Positions 18,316 through 29,080 of a stretch of 64,000 bases of DNA are shown here, in pieces. The stretch is from positions 1,605 to 65,604 of the forward strand of contig JAZNAQ010000022.1 in the NCBI GenBank assembly GCA_045586595.1, in the 5' to 3' direction. Positions within the stretch are counted from its first letter, which is position 1. The number at the start of each line of letters is the position of its first letter. The position numbers and the translations under genes are program-made. Under the pieces are notes generated by a model, which did no database searches, was not told where the DNA came from, and worked only from the letters and a program-made list of their open reading frames with translations. The DNA comes from Eubacteriales bacterium. GTDB taxonomy: Bacteria > Bacillota > Clostridia > Oscillospirales > JAAYXM01.

Positions 18316-20493
18316 ATGAAGATTATAAAACGCGACGGTTCTGAAGTTGTTTTTGACATCACCAAAATCATAGTCGCTGTCTCTAAAGCAAACGAAACAG
18401 TTGAGGAAAAGGACCGCATGACTCCGATGCAGATTCAGCGCATTGCAGAGAGTGTTGTTCTTGCCTGCGAAAAGCTCGGCCGCTCGCCTGTTGTTGAAGA
18501 GATTCAGGATATGGTAGAAAAACAGATTATGGCACACGGTGCGTTTGAGGTCGCAAAATCATATATAACCTACCGATACACACGCACGCTTGTCCGTCAG
18601 TCAAACACAACAGATGACAAAATACTCAGCCTTATCGAGTGTAACAACGAAGAGGCAAAGCAGGAAAACTCAAACAAAAACCCTGTTATTAACTCAACCC
18701 AGCGCGACTATATGGCGGGCGAGGTTTCGCGCGATATTACAAACAGAATACTCCTCCCGCAGGATATTGTTGACGCGCATAACGACGGTATTATACACTT
18801 TCACGATTCCGACTATTTTGCGCAGCATATGCACAACTGCGACCTTGTAAACCTCGAAGATATGCTCCAGAACGGAACCGTTATCACAGGCACGCTTATT
18901 GAGCGTCCGCACAGCTTCTCGACCGCGTGCAACATCGCAACTCAGATTATAGCTCAGGTTGCTTCAAACCAGTATGGCGGGCAGTCAATTTCGCTTGCTC
19001 ACCTCGCTCCGTTTGTAAACGTAAGCCGTGAGAAAATACGCCGCGATTTAAAGGACGAGACCGAGTCTATCGGCATCAATCTCCCTCAGTCTGATTTTAA
19101 TAAGATTGTTGAAAAACGCCTGCGCGAAGAAATCCGCCGCGGTGTCCAGACTATTCAGTATCAGGTTGTAACACTTCTTACCACAAATGGCCAGGCTCCG
19201 TTTGTAACTGTGTTCATGTATCTCGGTGAGGCAAAAAACGAACAGGAAAAACGCGACCTTGCGCTTATCATCGAGGAGACCCTCGAGCAACGCTATAGAG
19301 GCGTAAAGAACGAAGACGGCGTATGGGTTACCCCTGCCTTCCCGAAGCTTGTATACGTTCTTGAAGAAGACAACATACACGAAGATTCGCAGTATTTCTA
19401 CCTCACAAAGCTCTCCGCAAAGTGTACGGCACGCAGAATGGTTCCTGACTATATCTCAGAAAAAATCATGCTCCGCGACAAGGTTGACAAAAACGGCAAC
19501 GGTCACTGCTACACCTGCATGGGTTGCCGCTCATTCCTCACACCGTATGTTGACCCCGAAACAAACGAACCGAAGTATTACGGACGCTTCAACCAGGGCG
19601 TTGTCACCATTAACCTCGTTGATATTGCCCTTTCATCGGGCGGAAACCTTGACAAGTTCTGGAAGATATTTGACGAAAGGCTCGACCTCTGCTACCGTGC
19701 GCTCATGTGCCGACATAACCGCTTAAAAGGTACGTTATCCGATGCAGCACCGATTTTGTGGCAGTACGGCGCTCTTGCAAGACTTAAAAAGGGCGAATGC
19801 ATAGACAAGCTCCTATATGGCGGCTATTCAACCATTTCGCTCGGCTATGCAGGCCTTTATGAGTGCGTAAAGTATATGACAGGCAAAAGCCACACAGACC
19901 CATCGGCAACACCATTTGCACTTGATGTTATGAAGTATCTTAACAAGGCGACGAAGGCATGGAAAGAAAAAGAGAACATCGACTTCTCACTCTACGGCAC
20001 GCCGATTGAGTCTACAACATACAAATTTGCAAAGTGTCTCCAGCGCAGATTTGGTATAATTGAAGGCGTAACCGACAAGGGCTATATCACAAACAGCTAC
20101 CACGTCCATGTTTCTGAAGAGATTGATGCGTTTGAGAAGCTCCGCTTCGAGTCGCAGTTCCAGACGCTTTCACCCGGTGGCGCAATAAGCTATGTAGAGG
20201 TTCCCAATATGCAGCACAACCTCGACGCCGTGCTTGAGGTCATGAAGTTTATCTATGACAACATCATGTACGCTGAGCTCAACACAAAGAGCGACTATTG
20301 CCAGGTTTGCGGTTGGGACGGCGAAATTGAAATCCGTGAGGATGACGGAAAGCTTGTATGGACATGCCCCAAGTGCGGCAACACCGACCAGGACAAGATG
20401 AACGTCGCACGCCGCACCTGCGGATATATAGGCACACAGTTCTGGAACCAAGGGCGCACACAAGAGATAAAAGAGCGCGTCCTGCACCTTTAA
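18316..20493 (+). CDS. nrdD: Anaerobic ribonucleoside-triphosphate reductase
   Basis: 725 aa with an N-terminal ATP cone, a C-terminal Zn ribbon (CQVCGW...CPKCG) and the glycyl-radical tail RRTCGYIG. Confidence 0.93.
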   Translation: MKIIKRDGSEVVFDITKIIVAVSKANETVEEKDRMTPMQIQRIAESVVLACEKLGRSPVVEEIQDMVEKQIMAHGAFEVAKSYITYRYTRTLVRQSNTTDDKILSLIECNNEEAKQENSNKNPVINSTQRDYMAGEVSRDITNRILLPQDIVDAHNDGIIHFHDSDYFAQHMHNCDLVNLEDMLQNGTVITGTLIERPHSFSTACNIATQIIAQVASNQYGGQSISLAHLAPFVNVSREKIRRDLKDETESIGINLPQSDFNKIVEKRLREEIRRGVQTIQYQVVTLLTTNGQAPFVTVFMYLGEAKNEQEKRDLALIIEETLEQRYRGVKNEDGVWVTPAFPKLVYVLEEDNIHEDSQYFYLTKLSAKCTARRMVPDYISEKIMLRDKVDKNGNGHCYTCMGCRSFLTPYVDPETNEPKYYGRFNQGVVTINLVDIALSSGGNLDKFWKIFDERLDLCYRALMCRHNRLKGTLSDAAPILWQYGALARLKKGECIDKLLYGGYSTISLGYAGLYECVKYMTGKSHTDPSATPFALDVMKYLNKATKAWKEKENIDFSLYGTPIESTTYKFAKCLQRRFGIIEGVTDKGYITNSYHVHVSEEIDAFEKLRFESQFQTLSPGGAISYVEVPNMQHNLDAVLEVMKFIYDNIMYAELNTKSDYCQVCGWDGEIEIREDDGKLVWTCPKCGNTDQDKMNVARRTCGYIGTQFWNQGRTQEIKERVLHL

Positions 20494-20499
20494 TCAGCC

Positions 20500-21018
20500 A
20501 TGCATTACGGTGAAATAAAAAACAACGACATCGCAAACGGAACAGGTGTGCGCGTAACTCTGTTTGTATCAGGTTGCCGCAACGGGTGCAAGAACTGTTT
20601 CCAGCCCCAGACCTGGGCATTTGACTACGGTAAGGAATTTACCGAGGAGACAGAGAAATACATTCTCTCACTTCTCTCCCCGTCGCACATCAGTGGGCTT
20701 ACGCTCCTCGGTGGCGAGCCGTTTGAGCCTGAGAACCAGCGCGAACTGCTCCCTTTTTTAAAGCGAGTGAAGGAAACATTTCCGCAAAAGACCATATGGG
20801 CGTATTCGGGTTTTACCCTTGAAGAGCTTCTTGGCAACAGCCGCGGAAGCTGCGAAGCAACTCGTGAGCTTCTGGGTCTTATAGACGTGCTTGTTGACGG
20901 AAGATATGTTGATGAGTTAAAGGACATTTCGCTCCGATTCCGCGGTTCGTCAAACCAGCGTATCATCGACCTACCTAAATCATTAAATAGCGGAAACATC
21001 ATTTTATGGGATAAATAG
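20500..21018 (+). CDS. nrdG: Anaerobic RNR activating protein (radical SAM)
   Basis: 172 aa with the CxxxCxxC cluster motif (SGCRNGCKNCF). It begins 7 nt after nrdD. Confidence 0.9.
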   Translation: MHYGEIKNNDIANGTGVRVTLFVSGCRNGCKNCFQPQTWAFDYGKEFTEETEKYILSLLSPSHISGLTLLGGEPFEPENQRELLPFLKRVKETFPQKTIWAYSGFTLEELLGNSRGSCEATRELLGLIDVLVDGRYVDELKDISLRFRGSSNQRIIDLPKSLNSGNIILWDK

Positions 21019-21025
21019 CTCTTTG

Positions 21026-21055
21026 GCGCACACGATAAATTCGTGTGCGCTTTTT
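21026..21055 (+). terminator. Intrinsic terminator after nrdG
   Basis: GCGCACACGA-TAAAT-TCGTGTGCGC plus T5. Confidence 0.85.
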
Positions 21056-21123
21056 ATTGATATTTAAGGTCTTCGGTGCTATAATATGCTCATACGAAAG
21101 ACTTTTAAAAGGGAGTTTTCAAT

Positions 21124-21861
21124 ATGCGTGATTATAAAAAAGAGCTCGAAGAAAGAGTTGCTTATATAAAAAAACTTGTTGCAGAAAGCCATGCCGACGG
21201 CATCGTTTTCGGAAACTCCGGCGGTAAGGACTGCGCGCTTGTCGGCATACTATGTAAAATGGCATGTGATAACACTGTCTGCATACAGCTGCCGTGTTTT
21301 TCAAAGCAGAACTTCGGCTCGGATATGGACGATGCGCTCGCAGTTGCAAAAAAGTTTAATATTGCTAACCGCACGTTTGACCTCACCGATGTACGCGCGG
21401 CTATGCTCTCTATGTTTGGCGATGAGGTTTCGCTTAACAACAACGCGCTCGTAAACCTCCCCCCGAGACTGCGAATGACAACGCTCTACACCGTTGCCGC
21501 AGCAGAAAACCGACTTGTTGCGGGAACAGGCAACAGAAGCGAGCGCTATATGGGCTACTTTACAAAGCATGGCGACGGTGCGTGTGACTTCAACCCAATT
21601 TCAGACCTTACCGTAACAGAGGTGTATGAGTTTTTAACATTCCTTGATGCACCCGAATCCGTCATTAAGAAAGCTCCTTCGGCGGGGCTTTATGAAGGGC
21701 AGACAGACGAGGCGGATATGGGAATCAGCTATGCTAAAATCGACGAATATCTGCTCAACGGCACAGCTACCGACTCTGACCTTGAGATAATAAACCGCTA
21801 CCATTCAAGAAGTGAGCACAAACGCCGCCCGACAAATATGTTTTTTGAAGTGAACGACTGA
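21124..21861 (+). CDS. nadE: NH3-dependent NAD+ synthetase
   Basis: 245 aa with a PP-loop variant (GNSGGKDCALV) and the NadE-like RSERYMGYFTKHGDG. Confidence 0.85.
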   Translation: MRDYKKELEERVAYIKKLVAESHADGIVFGNSGGKDCALVGILCKMACDNTVCIQLPCFSKQNFGSDMDDALAVAKKFNIANRTFDLTDVRAAMLSMFGDEVSLNNNALVNLPPRLRMTTLYTVAAAENRLVAGTGNRSERYMGYFTKHGDGACDFNPISDLTVTEVYEFLTFLDAPESVIKKAPSAGLYEGQTDEADMGISYAKIDEYLLNGTATDSDLEIINRYHSRSEHKRRPTNMFFEVND

Positions 21862-21863
21862 TT

Positions 21864-22598
21864 ATGAAGAAAGCACTTTTTACATCATCGGTTATATGCT
21901 TTATTATATCGTCTATTTTCATCTTCTGCCTTATAGGGTATAAGTTTACGGGCTTTCTCATTTTTGTACTCGGCGCGTTCTTTCTCTATCTCGCGTTGAG
22001 TGTGGGGGTTACAAACAAGCGACTTATATTTCTCAGACGGGTTATTGTAGCTTTTGCAACAGTGGGTATTTTATTTACGGCTTGTATGACCTGCATCGTA
22101 ACAAATGATATGGACGGCGATAAAGAGATTGCCTGCGACTATGTTATTGTGCTCGGCGCAGGGCTTGACGGCACTACCCCGTCACTCACGCTTGTTGACC
22201 GCTTGGAGCGTACGCTTGACTACCTGAACCAATTCCCCGAAGCTATCGCAATAGTCAGCGGAGGTATGGGAGACGGCGAGGACATTACCGAAGCAGAAGC
22301 TATGGAACGTTATCTTACCAAACACGGGATTAACTCTTCACGCATAATAAAAGAAGAAAACGCAACAAACACAAACGAAAATCTTCAGTTTTCAAAAAAG
22401 ATAATTGATGAACGTGGCGGAGGAAGTGTCGCAATAGTATCAAGCGACTACCATATTTTCCGTGCAAGGCGTCTTGCAAACAGTCACGGTATTTCGGCAA
22501 CCATGCTCGCGGCAAAATCGTCACTTCCCATACTTCGCTTAAACTACGCTGTCCGCGAGGGTTTTGCACTCATCAAATCTTACGCTCTGTATATATAG
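21864..22598 (+). CDS. YdcF/DUF218-family membrane-anchored protein
   Basis: 244 aa with N-terminal TM helices followed by a DUF218-like core (VIVLGAGL...SGG...VSSDYHIFRA). Confidence 0.7.
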   Translation: MKKALFTSSVICFIISSIFIFCLIGYKFTGFLIFVLGAFFLYLALSVGVTNKRLIFLRRVIVAFATVGILFTACMTCIVTNDMDGDKEIACDYVIVLGAGLDGTTPSLTLVDRLERTLDYLNQFPEAIAIVSGGMGDGEDITEAEAMERYLTKHGINSSRIIKEENATNTNENLQFSKKIIDERGGGSVAIVSSDYHIFRARRLANSHGISATMLAAKSSLPILRLNYAVREGFALIKSYALYI

Positions 22599-22609
22599 GA
22601 GTTGTTTTT

Positions 22610-23542
22610 ATGAATATTAATAAGTCAATAGAGAGCCTTATCGGAAACACACCGATGCTTGAGCTTACAAATCTTATAAAAGAAAGAAATATCCCTTCAA
22701 AAATAATTGCCAAGCTCGAGTACTTTAACCCGACCGGAAGCGTTAAAGACCGCGCCGCATACGGCATGATAATTGATGCAGAAAAAAGCGGAAAGCTCAA
22801 GCCCGGTGCTGTTATCATAGAGCCCACAAGCGGGAACACTGGCATAGGCCTTGCCGCAATAGGTGCAGCTCGCGGGTATCATGTGGTTCTCACTATGCCG
22901 GACACAATGAGCATTGAGCGGCAAACTCTTCTTGCGGCATACGGTGCCGAGCTTGTTCTTACACCCGGTGCCGAAGGCATGAGCGGAGCTATAAAAAAGG
23001 CGCATGAGCTGCATGAGGAAATTGAAGGAAGCTTTATCCCCAACCAGTTTGAAAACCCTGCAAACCCTGCAATTCACGAGCTCACCACTGCAGAGGAGAT
23101 TTGGAATGACACAGACGGAAAGGTTGATATTGTTGTTGCAGGTGTCGGCTCGGGCGGCACTATAAGCGGTATCGGGCGCGCACTTAAGAAAAAAAATCCG
23201 AACATAAAAATTGTAGCGGTTGAGCCGTGTGACTCGCCCGTTCTCTCAGGAGGGCAGGCCGGTAAGCACAAACTCCAGGGCATAGGCGCAGGCTTTATCC
23301 CAGAGGCTCTCGACACCGATATTTACGACGAGATAATAACAATATCCACAGAGGATGCTTACCGCACAGCGCGCGATGTGTGCCGTCTTGACGGAGCTTT
23401 TGTCGGCATAACCTCAGGCGCGGCGATATATGCCGCCGAAATTGCGGCTTCATTGCCCGAAAACAACGGTAAAATGATTGTTGCAATCGCGCCGGATTCG
23501 GGCACTCGGTATTTATCTACGCCGCATTTGTTCTGCGAATAA
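22610..23542 (+). CDS. cysK: Cysteine synthase A (O-acetylserine sulfhydrylase)
   Basis: 310 aa with PLP-fold motifs (NPTGSVKDR, PTSGNTGIGLA, GVGSGGTISG). Confidence 0.92.
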   Translation: MNINKSIESLIGNTPMLELTNLIKERNIPSKIIAKLEYFNPTGSVKDRAAYGMIIDAEKSGKLKPGAVIIEPTSGNTGIGLAAIGAARGYHVVLTMPDTMSIERQTLLAAYGAELVLTPGAEGMSGAIKKAHELHEEIEGSFIPNQFENPANPAIHELTTAEEIWNDTDGKVDIVVAGVGSGGTISGIGRALKKKNPNIKIVAVEPCDSPVLSGGQAGKHKLQGIGAGFIPEALDTDIYDEIITISTEDAYRTARDVCRLDGAFVGITSGAAIYAAEIAASLPENNGKMIVAIAPDSGTRYLSTPHLFCE

Positions 23543-23552
23543 TTCAAACAGC

Positions 23553-23587
23553 AAAAAAGACAGTACAAAACTTGTACTGTCTTTTTT
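23553..23587. terminator. Bidirectional terminator after cysK
   Basis: GACAGTACAA...TTGTACTGTC hairpin flanked by A6 and T6. Confidence 0.8.
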
Positions 23588-23660
23588 ATACTGTTTTACG
23601 ATTTTTAAAAATACTTCCCCAAAACCCTCTCCCATATCAATTTGCGCAGCTGCTAATAAT

Positions 23661-24557
23661 TTAATAATCCTCGCTTATGTAATCAGGCGGAAGAAGAAGT
23701 AACTCGGGATTCTTAACATAGTACTTAAACAACTTTATCGCGGAAGCAAAGTAATACCCGTCACATATACGCTCATCAAGAACAAAACGCATATTGATAA
23801 CATGCTTATGCTCTGTAGAGCCGTCGCGGTTTACAACATTTATCGCTTCTTTTTTGCCTATCGCCATAAACACCGAGGTTGTGCCAAACTCATACAAATG
23901 ATGATATACCGGGTTTAAACCTATAGACCCTACGTTTGTTACATATGCAGAAGAATGAAACGGGCTTACCCTATTTATTATCTTCGGCATAAGGCCGAAC
24001 GAGTCGAGCGAGCGAAGAACCCATACAACAAATTTTTTGAAAAAGCCGGGAAGGAAATTCACAAGCTTGACTATGAAGTCGGTATCGTTGCCCTTGGCTT
24101 GTGCGGCTTCTTCTTCAGCACGTACCTCTGCAAGCGCGGCGTTAAACTTTTCGGTTACATCACGCAAGGTATCAGTAGGCTCGAAATTGGGCATGAGGTT
24201 TCCCTCTTCACCGTCCTCGTGCATGGATTTTTTCACTGTAAGTGAAACCCTGATATAGCTTCTTGAGAAAATCTTTCTACCGCTGACAAATCGGTTTATG
24301 CGCGGGCGCTGGGCAATCGTACGTACCAACGCCGCGATGAAGAAGTGATACATCGAAAGGCCCGGTATGCTCTCGCGGTTTTCTACGATGAACTTGCGAA
24401 GCCCCGATATATCTATCTGTTCTTCAAAGAAAATCTGGCTGTCTAGCCTTGTCCGCATAATGTACGGAATAATCCCGAAAACAGGGTCAATATTTCTAAC
24501 CCTGTAACCATCATATCTGTCGCCAAGTCTGCGCTTGCGCTTGTTATTACCTGTCAT
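23661..24557 (-). CDS. Stand-alone 2-oxoacid dehydrogenase E2-type (CAT-like) acyltransferase domain protein
   Basis: 298 aa with a C-terminal LDERICDGYYFA, which matches the DHRxxDG catalytic motif class. No lipoyl domain. Confidence 0.5.
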   Translation of the reverse strand: MTGNNKRKRRLGDRYDGYRVRNIDPVFGIIPYIMRTRLDSQIFFEEQIDISGLRKFIVENRESIPGLSMYHFFIAALVRTIAQRPRINRFVSGRKIFSRSYIRVSLTVKKSMHEDGEEGNLMPNFEPTDTLRDVTEKFNAALAEVRAEEEAAQAKGNDTDFIVKLVNFLPGFFKKFVVWVLRSLDSFGLMPKIINRVSPFHSSAYVTNVGSIGLNPVYHHLYEFGTTSVFMAIGKKEAINVVNRDGSTEHKHVINMRFVLDERICDGYYFASAIKLFKYYVKNPELLLLPPDYISEDY

Positions 24558-24607
24558 ATTAAACTTTATCCCCTTATTCCCCCAATTTACTATCTATTAT
24601 AACACAA

Positions 24608-25588
24608 TTACTTAACTTTTTCAACCGCAGGCTTCTTTCTTGGAACCGCACTTTTTGCCCTGCGCTTTCTGTGAGCTTTACGCGCCGCTTCTTTTTTTAC
24701 GCGCTTTTCATAAAAGGCTTCTGCACCGCCGCCCGCGGTATATATAACCTTAGATATATTGTATTCTCCGTTTGTTTTGCTTACGGTCATTCTCGCAATA
24801 TAATCGCCATGCTCCGGGCATGAAGCAAGTGTTATATATCTGTCGTTTCTCTCTGCAACCCACTTGCGGATATCTTCGCATATTTTTTTGCATTCAGGGC
24901 ACCTTACGCTTGATGCATCATGTGAGCGGAATATCTCGTGGCGTGTTTTATACCCCGCATACACTTCACAAAACAATGGCTTTGACTCATCAAGTATTGC
25001 GCGCAGACGGTCTGCATGAATAAGCTCAGCTATACCGAGTGCGAGGTCTAACTTTTGTACAACCAGCGCTGTATAGTACGCATCGTTGAGAGCATCATGG
25101 AGCGGCTCTTCGGGTATAATACCAAAGTTTTCCATAGCAGTCGCAAGAGATTTCTGATTATCTCCTGATTTTGTCTGCATATTATATATCGTCTGAACAT
25201 TAAACCATGTATTTATCCATTCCGAATTATCTCCGTACATCTCAATGTTTCGGCGAAGCATTCGTATGTCATCCGGCCCCCATGTAAGAAAAGCAAAATC
25301 ATCGCCACACCATGAGCGAAGCTTTGACATGGCAGCTCGAAACTCCTCGCCTTTTTCGAGGTCCTCCTGATTAATTCCCGTTATCTGGCGCACTTTTCGA
25401 TGAATTAATTTGTAATACTTCGGCTTGACATTCAGCTTGAGCTCATCTGCAATCTGCAAACCCTCTCCGAGCTTTACTGCGCCAATCTGTATTATCTCAC
25501 CATATAGCTTATTGCCGTCACTGTCTGCAACGACATCACGGTTACTTCGCGCCTGATTCCATTCAAGGTCGATTATAATATATGTCAC
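24608..25588 (-). CDS. DEDDh 3'-5' exonuclease domain protein with Cys-rich C-terminal region and basic tail
   Basis: 326 aa. IIIDLEWNQ (Exo I), HDALNDAYY (Exo III, H-x4-D), CPECKK...CPEHG, and a KR-rich C-terminus. Confidence 0.65.
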   Translation of the reverse strand: MTYIIIDLEWNQARSNRDVVADSDGNKLYGEIIQIGAVKLGEGLQIADELKLNVKPKYYKLIHRKVRQITGINQEDLEKGEEFRAAMSKLRSWCGDDFAFLTWGPDDIRMLRRNIEMYGDNSEWINTWFNVQTIYNMQTKSGDNQKSLATAMENFGIIPEEPLHDALNDAYYTALVVQKLDLALGIAELIHADRLRAILDESKPLFCEVYAGYKTRHEIFRSHDASSVRCPECKKICEDIRKWVAERNDRYITLASCPEHGDYIARMTVSKTNGEYNISKVIYTAGGGAEAFYEKRVKKEAARKAHRKRRAKSAVPRKKPAVEKVK

Positions 25589-25726
25589 TTCTCTTACACG
25601 TCCTTTATTATGCTCCCGCTATATTATATATGTATATTGTATTTTCTGCAAGTGGATATTTCGAGCTTTATTGACATTGAATGTAATACAGAATATAATT
25701 TTTATAAAGGCGGTGATTTTCTTAAA

Positions 25727-26422
25727 ATGAAAAACCAAATTAACTGGAAAAGGGCAATAGGTATATTTGTTTTTGCCTCGCTCTTTTTATCAATAGGATA
25801 TTCAATAGCAAAAATTCTGAGTACACCGGAAAGTGTTGCTACTCCGGATGCAAGCACGCATCTCCGCAGTGATTATGTGCTCATGCTCATTCAATGCTGC
25901 CTCGGTCTTCTCGTTATAGGGCTGCCTGCAGCACTTGAGCAAAAGTGGTCATTTGAGATACCAAACTACATGAGTATTCTTTATTTTATCTTTCTGTACT
26001 GTGCCATATACCTTGGCGAGGTTAGGAATTTTTACTATGCAGTTCCGCACTGGGACACTATTCTTCACGCGTTTTCAGGCGCGATGCTAGGCGCATTCGG
26101 CTTCACGCTTGTGAGAATACTTAACGACTCTGAAAAAGTCAATGTCGCATTAAGCCCGCTCTTTATATGCCTGTTTGCTTTCTGCTTTGCGCTTGCAGTA
26201 GGCGCACTGTGGGAGATATATGAATTTACGGGTGATGCACTATTCGGGCTGAATATGCAAAAATTCCGTCTGGCTGACGGAACTGAGCTTGTTGGCCACA
26301 ACGCACTCGGCGATACTATGAAAGACATTATCATTGACGCCATTGGGGCTTTTATCGTCACCCTTGTCGGTTATCTCACACTACTTGGAAAGAAAAGGTA
26401 CAAAGATCATAACAAGAAATAA
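25727..26422 (+). CDS. Integral membrane protein, unknown function
   Basis: About 231 aa from ATG 25727 (RBS AAAGGCGGTGA) with 5-6 TM helices. The upstream part of the track ORF lacks coding character. Confidence 0.5.
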   Translation: MKNQINWKRAIGIFVFASLFLSIGYSIAKILSTPESVATPDASTHLRSDYVLMLIQCCLGLLVIGLPAALEQKWSFEIPNYMSILYFIFLYCAIYLGEVRNFYYAVPHWDTILHAFSGAMLGAFGFTLVRILNDSEKVNVALSPLFICLFAFCFALAVGALWEIYEFTGDALFGLNMQKFRLADGTELVGHNALGDTMKDIIIDAIGAFIVTLVGYLTLLGKKRYKDHNKK

Positions 26423-26459
26423 AAATAAACTCTCAAACTTTAGTTTGGGAGTTTATTTT
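26423..26459. terminator. Bidirectional terminator
   Basis: AAATAAACTCTCAAAC-TTTA-GTTTGGGAGTTTATTT hairpin between convergent genes. Confidence 0.7.
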
Positions 26460-27180
26460 ATTTAATATACTGTTTAAACTCTGAACGGCTTCCCGCAAAT
26501 ACATTCAGGTCTATATATTCTTCTTCGCCGTCATATCCCGGGAGCTTCCCCGTGTGAGTGTATTGCCAGAATGTCCACTCGCGGCCATCAGGCAATGTAG
26601 GTTTCTTTATTATATCACAAATCCAAATATCGCAGTTTTCATATCCCCCCGAAATATACAGAGAATATGCTCTGCGATTTGTATATATAATTGGCATTTC
26701 TCCGTAAGCCGTATACATCTCTGTCACAAGAGCATCCAGTATCTGCCGTACTGATGCTGCACTCGGTGGCTTTGAGCTGTAATCGCCATAAAGCTCAACA
26801 TCAATCACAGGCGGCAAATCTATCATTTCGCGGGGTACCGCAGAAATAAAGTTTTGTGCCTGAGCCTTACCGTCGCTTTCAAAGCTCATGAAGTGGTATG
26901 CGCCCGACGCTATTGCAGTATTCTGTATATTTTCTATATTATCTTCAAAGAAACGGTCGCGATAGCCACTTCCCTCTGTTGCTTTAATAAACGCAAAGTC
27001 TATATCGTTTTTTTCCATTTCATGCCAATCAATATATCCCTGATACGAGGACACATCAACACCGCGCACCGGATACTCCTCCTGTGCACGCCGACTCATA
27101 TAAATTGTTATACAAAACAATGCGAAAGCAACAAATATTGTAACAACCAGTATTCTGAAAAGTGTCTTTCTCTTTTTCAT
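26458..27180 (-). CDS. Membrane-anchored GH25 muramidase (lysozyme)
   Basis: 240 aa with an N-terminal TM anchor. [14 protein letters not shown] and [10 protein letters not shown] are GH25 signatures. Confidence 0.85.
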   Translation of the reverse strand: MKKRKTLFRILVVTIFVAFALFCITIYMSRRAQEEYPVRGVDVSSYQGYIDWHEMEKNDIDFAFIKATEGSGYRDRFFEDNIENIQNTAIASGAYHFMSFESDGKAQAQNFISAVPREMIDLPPVIDVELYGDYSSKPPSAASVRQILDALVTEMYTAYGEMPIIYTNRRAYSLYISGGYENCDIWICDIIKKPTLPDGREWTFWQYTHTGKLPGYDGEEEYIDLNVFAGSRSEFKQYIK

Positions 27181-27593
27181 TCGCCGATTATTTTTATAAG
27201 CGCATGCTTTCGGCGCTTTCCGTCAAACTCAAAATAAAAAATTTGCTCCCATGTACCGAAATCAAGCCTTCCGTCAGTTATAGCAACAACAACCTCACGC
27301 CCCATTATAGTGCGCTTTAGGTGTGCATCCCCATTGTCCTCATATCCGTTGTGCATATATCTGCTATATGGCTTTTCCGGTGCAAGCCCCTCAAGCCACA
27401 CCTCAAAATCGTGGTGAAGCCCGCTCTCATCGTCGTTTATAAACACACTTGCCGTTATGTTCATTGCGTTTACAAGAACAAGCCCCTCTTTTACGCCTGA
27501 TTCTCGTACCGCCGCCTCAACCTGCGGGGTTATATTTACAAGCCCGCGCCGTGTAGGTACATTAAAAAACAATTCTTTCCTGTATGATTTCAT
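27177..27593 (-). CDS. yjbQ: YjbQ/UPF0047 family protein (secondary thiamine-phosphate synthase type)
   Basis: 138 aa. ...[18 protein letters not shown]...GDAHLK... is typical of YjbQ. Confidence 0.8.
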   Translation of the reverse strand: MKSYRKELFFNVPTRRGLVNITPQVEAAVRESGVKEGLVLVNAMNITASVFINDDESGLHHDFEVWLEGLAPEKPYSRYMHNGYEDNGDAHLKRTIMGREVVVAITDGRLDFGTWEQIFYFEFDGKRRKHALIKIIGE

Positions 27594-29080
27594 CGCTGTT
27601 GCACCTCTTTTATAAATCTGTCAAATGCCGCATTTCCCTTGTTGTCTCTAGCGAATACACCTGCACATTTCAAACATTCTTCAAACGCTTTTCCTATTTC
27701 CCGTTTAAATAAGTCTTCAAAACTTTCGTCCGGTTTTTTATTTTTAATTACCCTTGCTGCCCATATTGCGTGCTTTTTTATCTGCTCACACTCAAAAAAA
27801 CTGCTGCCGTTTTCTGCATACTCACACAACAAGTGAAGCTCTTCCTTGAGCCTTGACGGGAGAACCGCAAGGCCCATCGCCTCAATCAGCCCGATATTCT
27901 CACGCTTTATATGATGAAGTTCCTCATGCGGATGATAGCGCCCTAAAGGATGTTCTTCTGTTGTTATATTATTGCGGAGCACAAGGTCAAGCTCATACAC
28001 TTCCCCACGCCTGCGGGCAATGGGTGTTATTGTATTATGAGGCGTATTATCCGTATATGCAAATATATACGCGTTCTCGTCAGTATATTCAAGCCAAGTG
28101 GCGAGTATTCTCTCTGCGAGAGAGCATACTCGTGCTTTATCTTTGCCGCAGATGCGTATAACAGACATCGGCCATTTTACTCTGCCGACTGTAATATCCT
28201 CATATCCCTTTATAGTATACTCTTTTTCAATCGGCGCGCGCTCCATAGCGAACGTGTATCTGCCGCCCTGAAAATGCTCATGTGAGAGAATTGAGCCTCC
28301 GACAATAGGTAGGTCTGCATTTGAGCCTATGAAATAGTGAGGGAATAAATCAATAAACGACACAAGCTTTGAAAATATTTCCTTATCAATCTTCATCGGC
28401 ACATGAGTTCGGTTAAACACTATGCAATGCTCATTATAATACACATAAGGGGAATATTGCAAGCCCCAATACTCCCCACAAATTTCTATCGGTATAATAC
28501 GGTGGTTTTGACGTGCAGGAAAATCGGTGCGACCTGCATATCCCTCACTCTCAGCACACAAAGCACACCTCGGATACACTGCTTGTCCGATTTCTTTAGC
28601 CTTAGCTATTGTGTGCGGGTCCTTTTCGGGTTTTGCAAGATTTATTGTTATATCAAGCTCTCCGTATTCTGTTTTTACCTTCCAGTTCATATCTCGCGCG
28701 ATACGGTAGCGTCGTATATAATCTGTATCCTGTGAAAAATTATAATACCACTGCGTGGCACGCTCTGGCGACTCGAGATACAGTTCACAAAACCTTGATA
28801 TAACCTCTCCCGGGCGCTGGGTAAGTTCACCCATAATTCGTGTATCAAAGAGGTCAAACTCCGTTGTGCTTCGCTCAATAATTTCCTTATCAGCCGCATA
28901 CTCACAAAGCGATGTGAGAATTTCTTCAAGACTCTTTTTTGAACTTTCTTCATTTTTAAAGCCGCTTATTTTCAAAACGTCAATAAGCCTATTTCTTATA
29001 TATGTTTTATCAAGAGGAGAGATTAGCCCCCGCTCCTCTGCATAAGAAACAAGCGCGTTTATATCCGCAAAAACACTCAT
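27590..29080 (-). CDS. galT: UDP-glucose--hexose-1-phosphate uridylyltransferase (type 2 GalT)
   Basis: 496 aa with the SHEHFQGG active-site motif. Overlaps the galE stop by 4 nt. Confidence 0.88.
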   Translation of the reverse strand: MSVFADINALVSYAEERGLISPLDKTYIRNRLIDVLKISGFKNEESSKKSLEEILTSLCEYAADKEIIERSTTEFDLFDTRIMGELTQRPGEVISRFCELYLESPERATQWYYNFSQDTDYIRRYRIARDMNWKVKTEYGELDITINLAKPEKDPHTIAKAKEIGQAVYPRCALCAESEGYAGRTDFPARQNHRIIPIEICGEYWGLQYSPYVYYNEHCIVFNRTHVPMKIDKEIFSKLVSFIDLFPHYFIGSNADLPIVGGSILSHEHFQGGRYTFAMERAPIEKEYTIKGYEDITVGRVKWPMSVIRICGKDKARVCSLAERILATWLEYTDENAYIFAYTDNTPHNTITPIARRRGEVYELDLVLRNNITTEEHPLGRYHPHEELHHIKRENIGLIEAMGLAVLPSRLKEELHLLCEYAENGSSFFECEQIKKHAIWAARVIKNKKPDESFEDLFKREIGKAFEECLKCAGVFARDNKGNAAFDRFIKEVQQR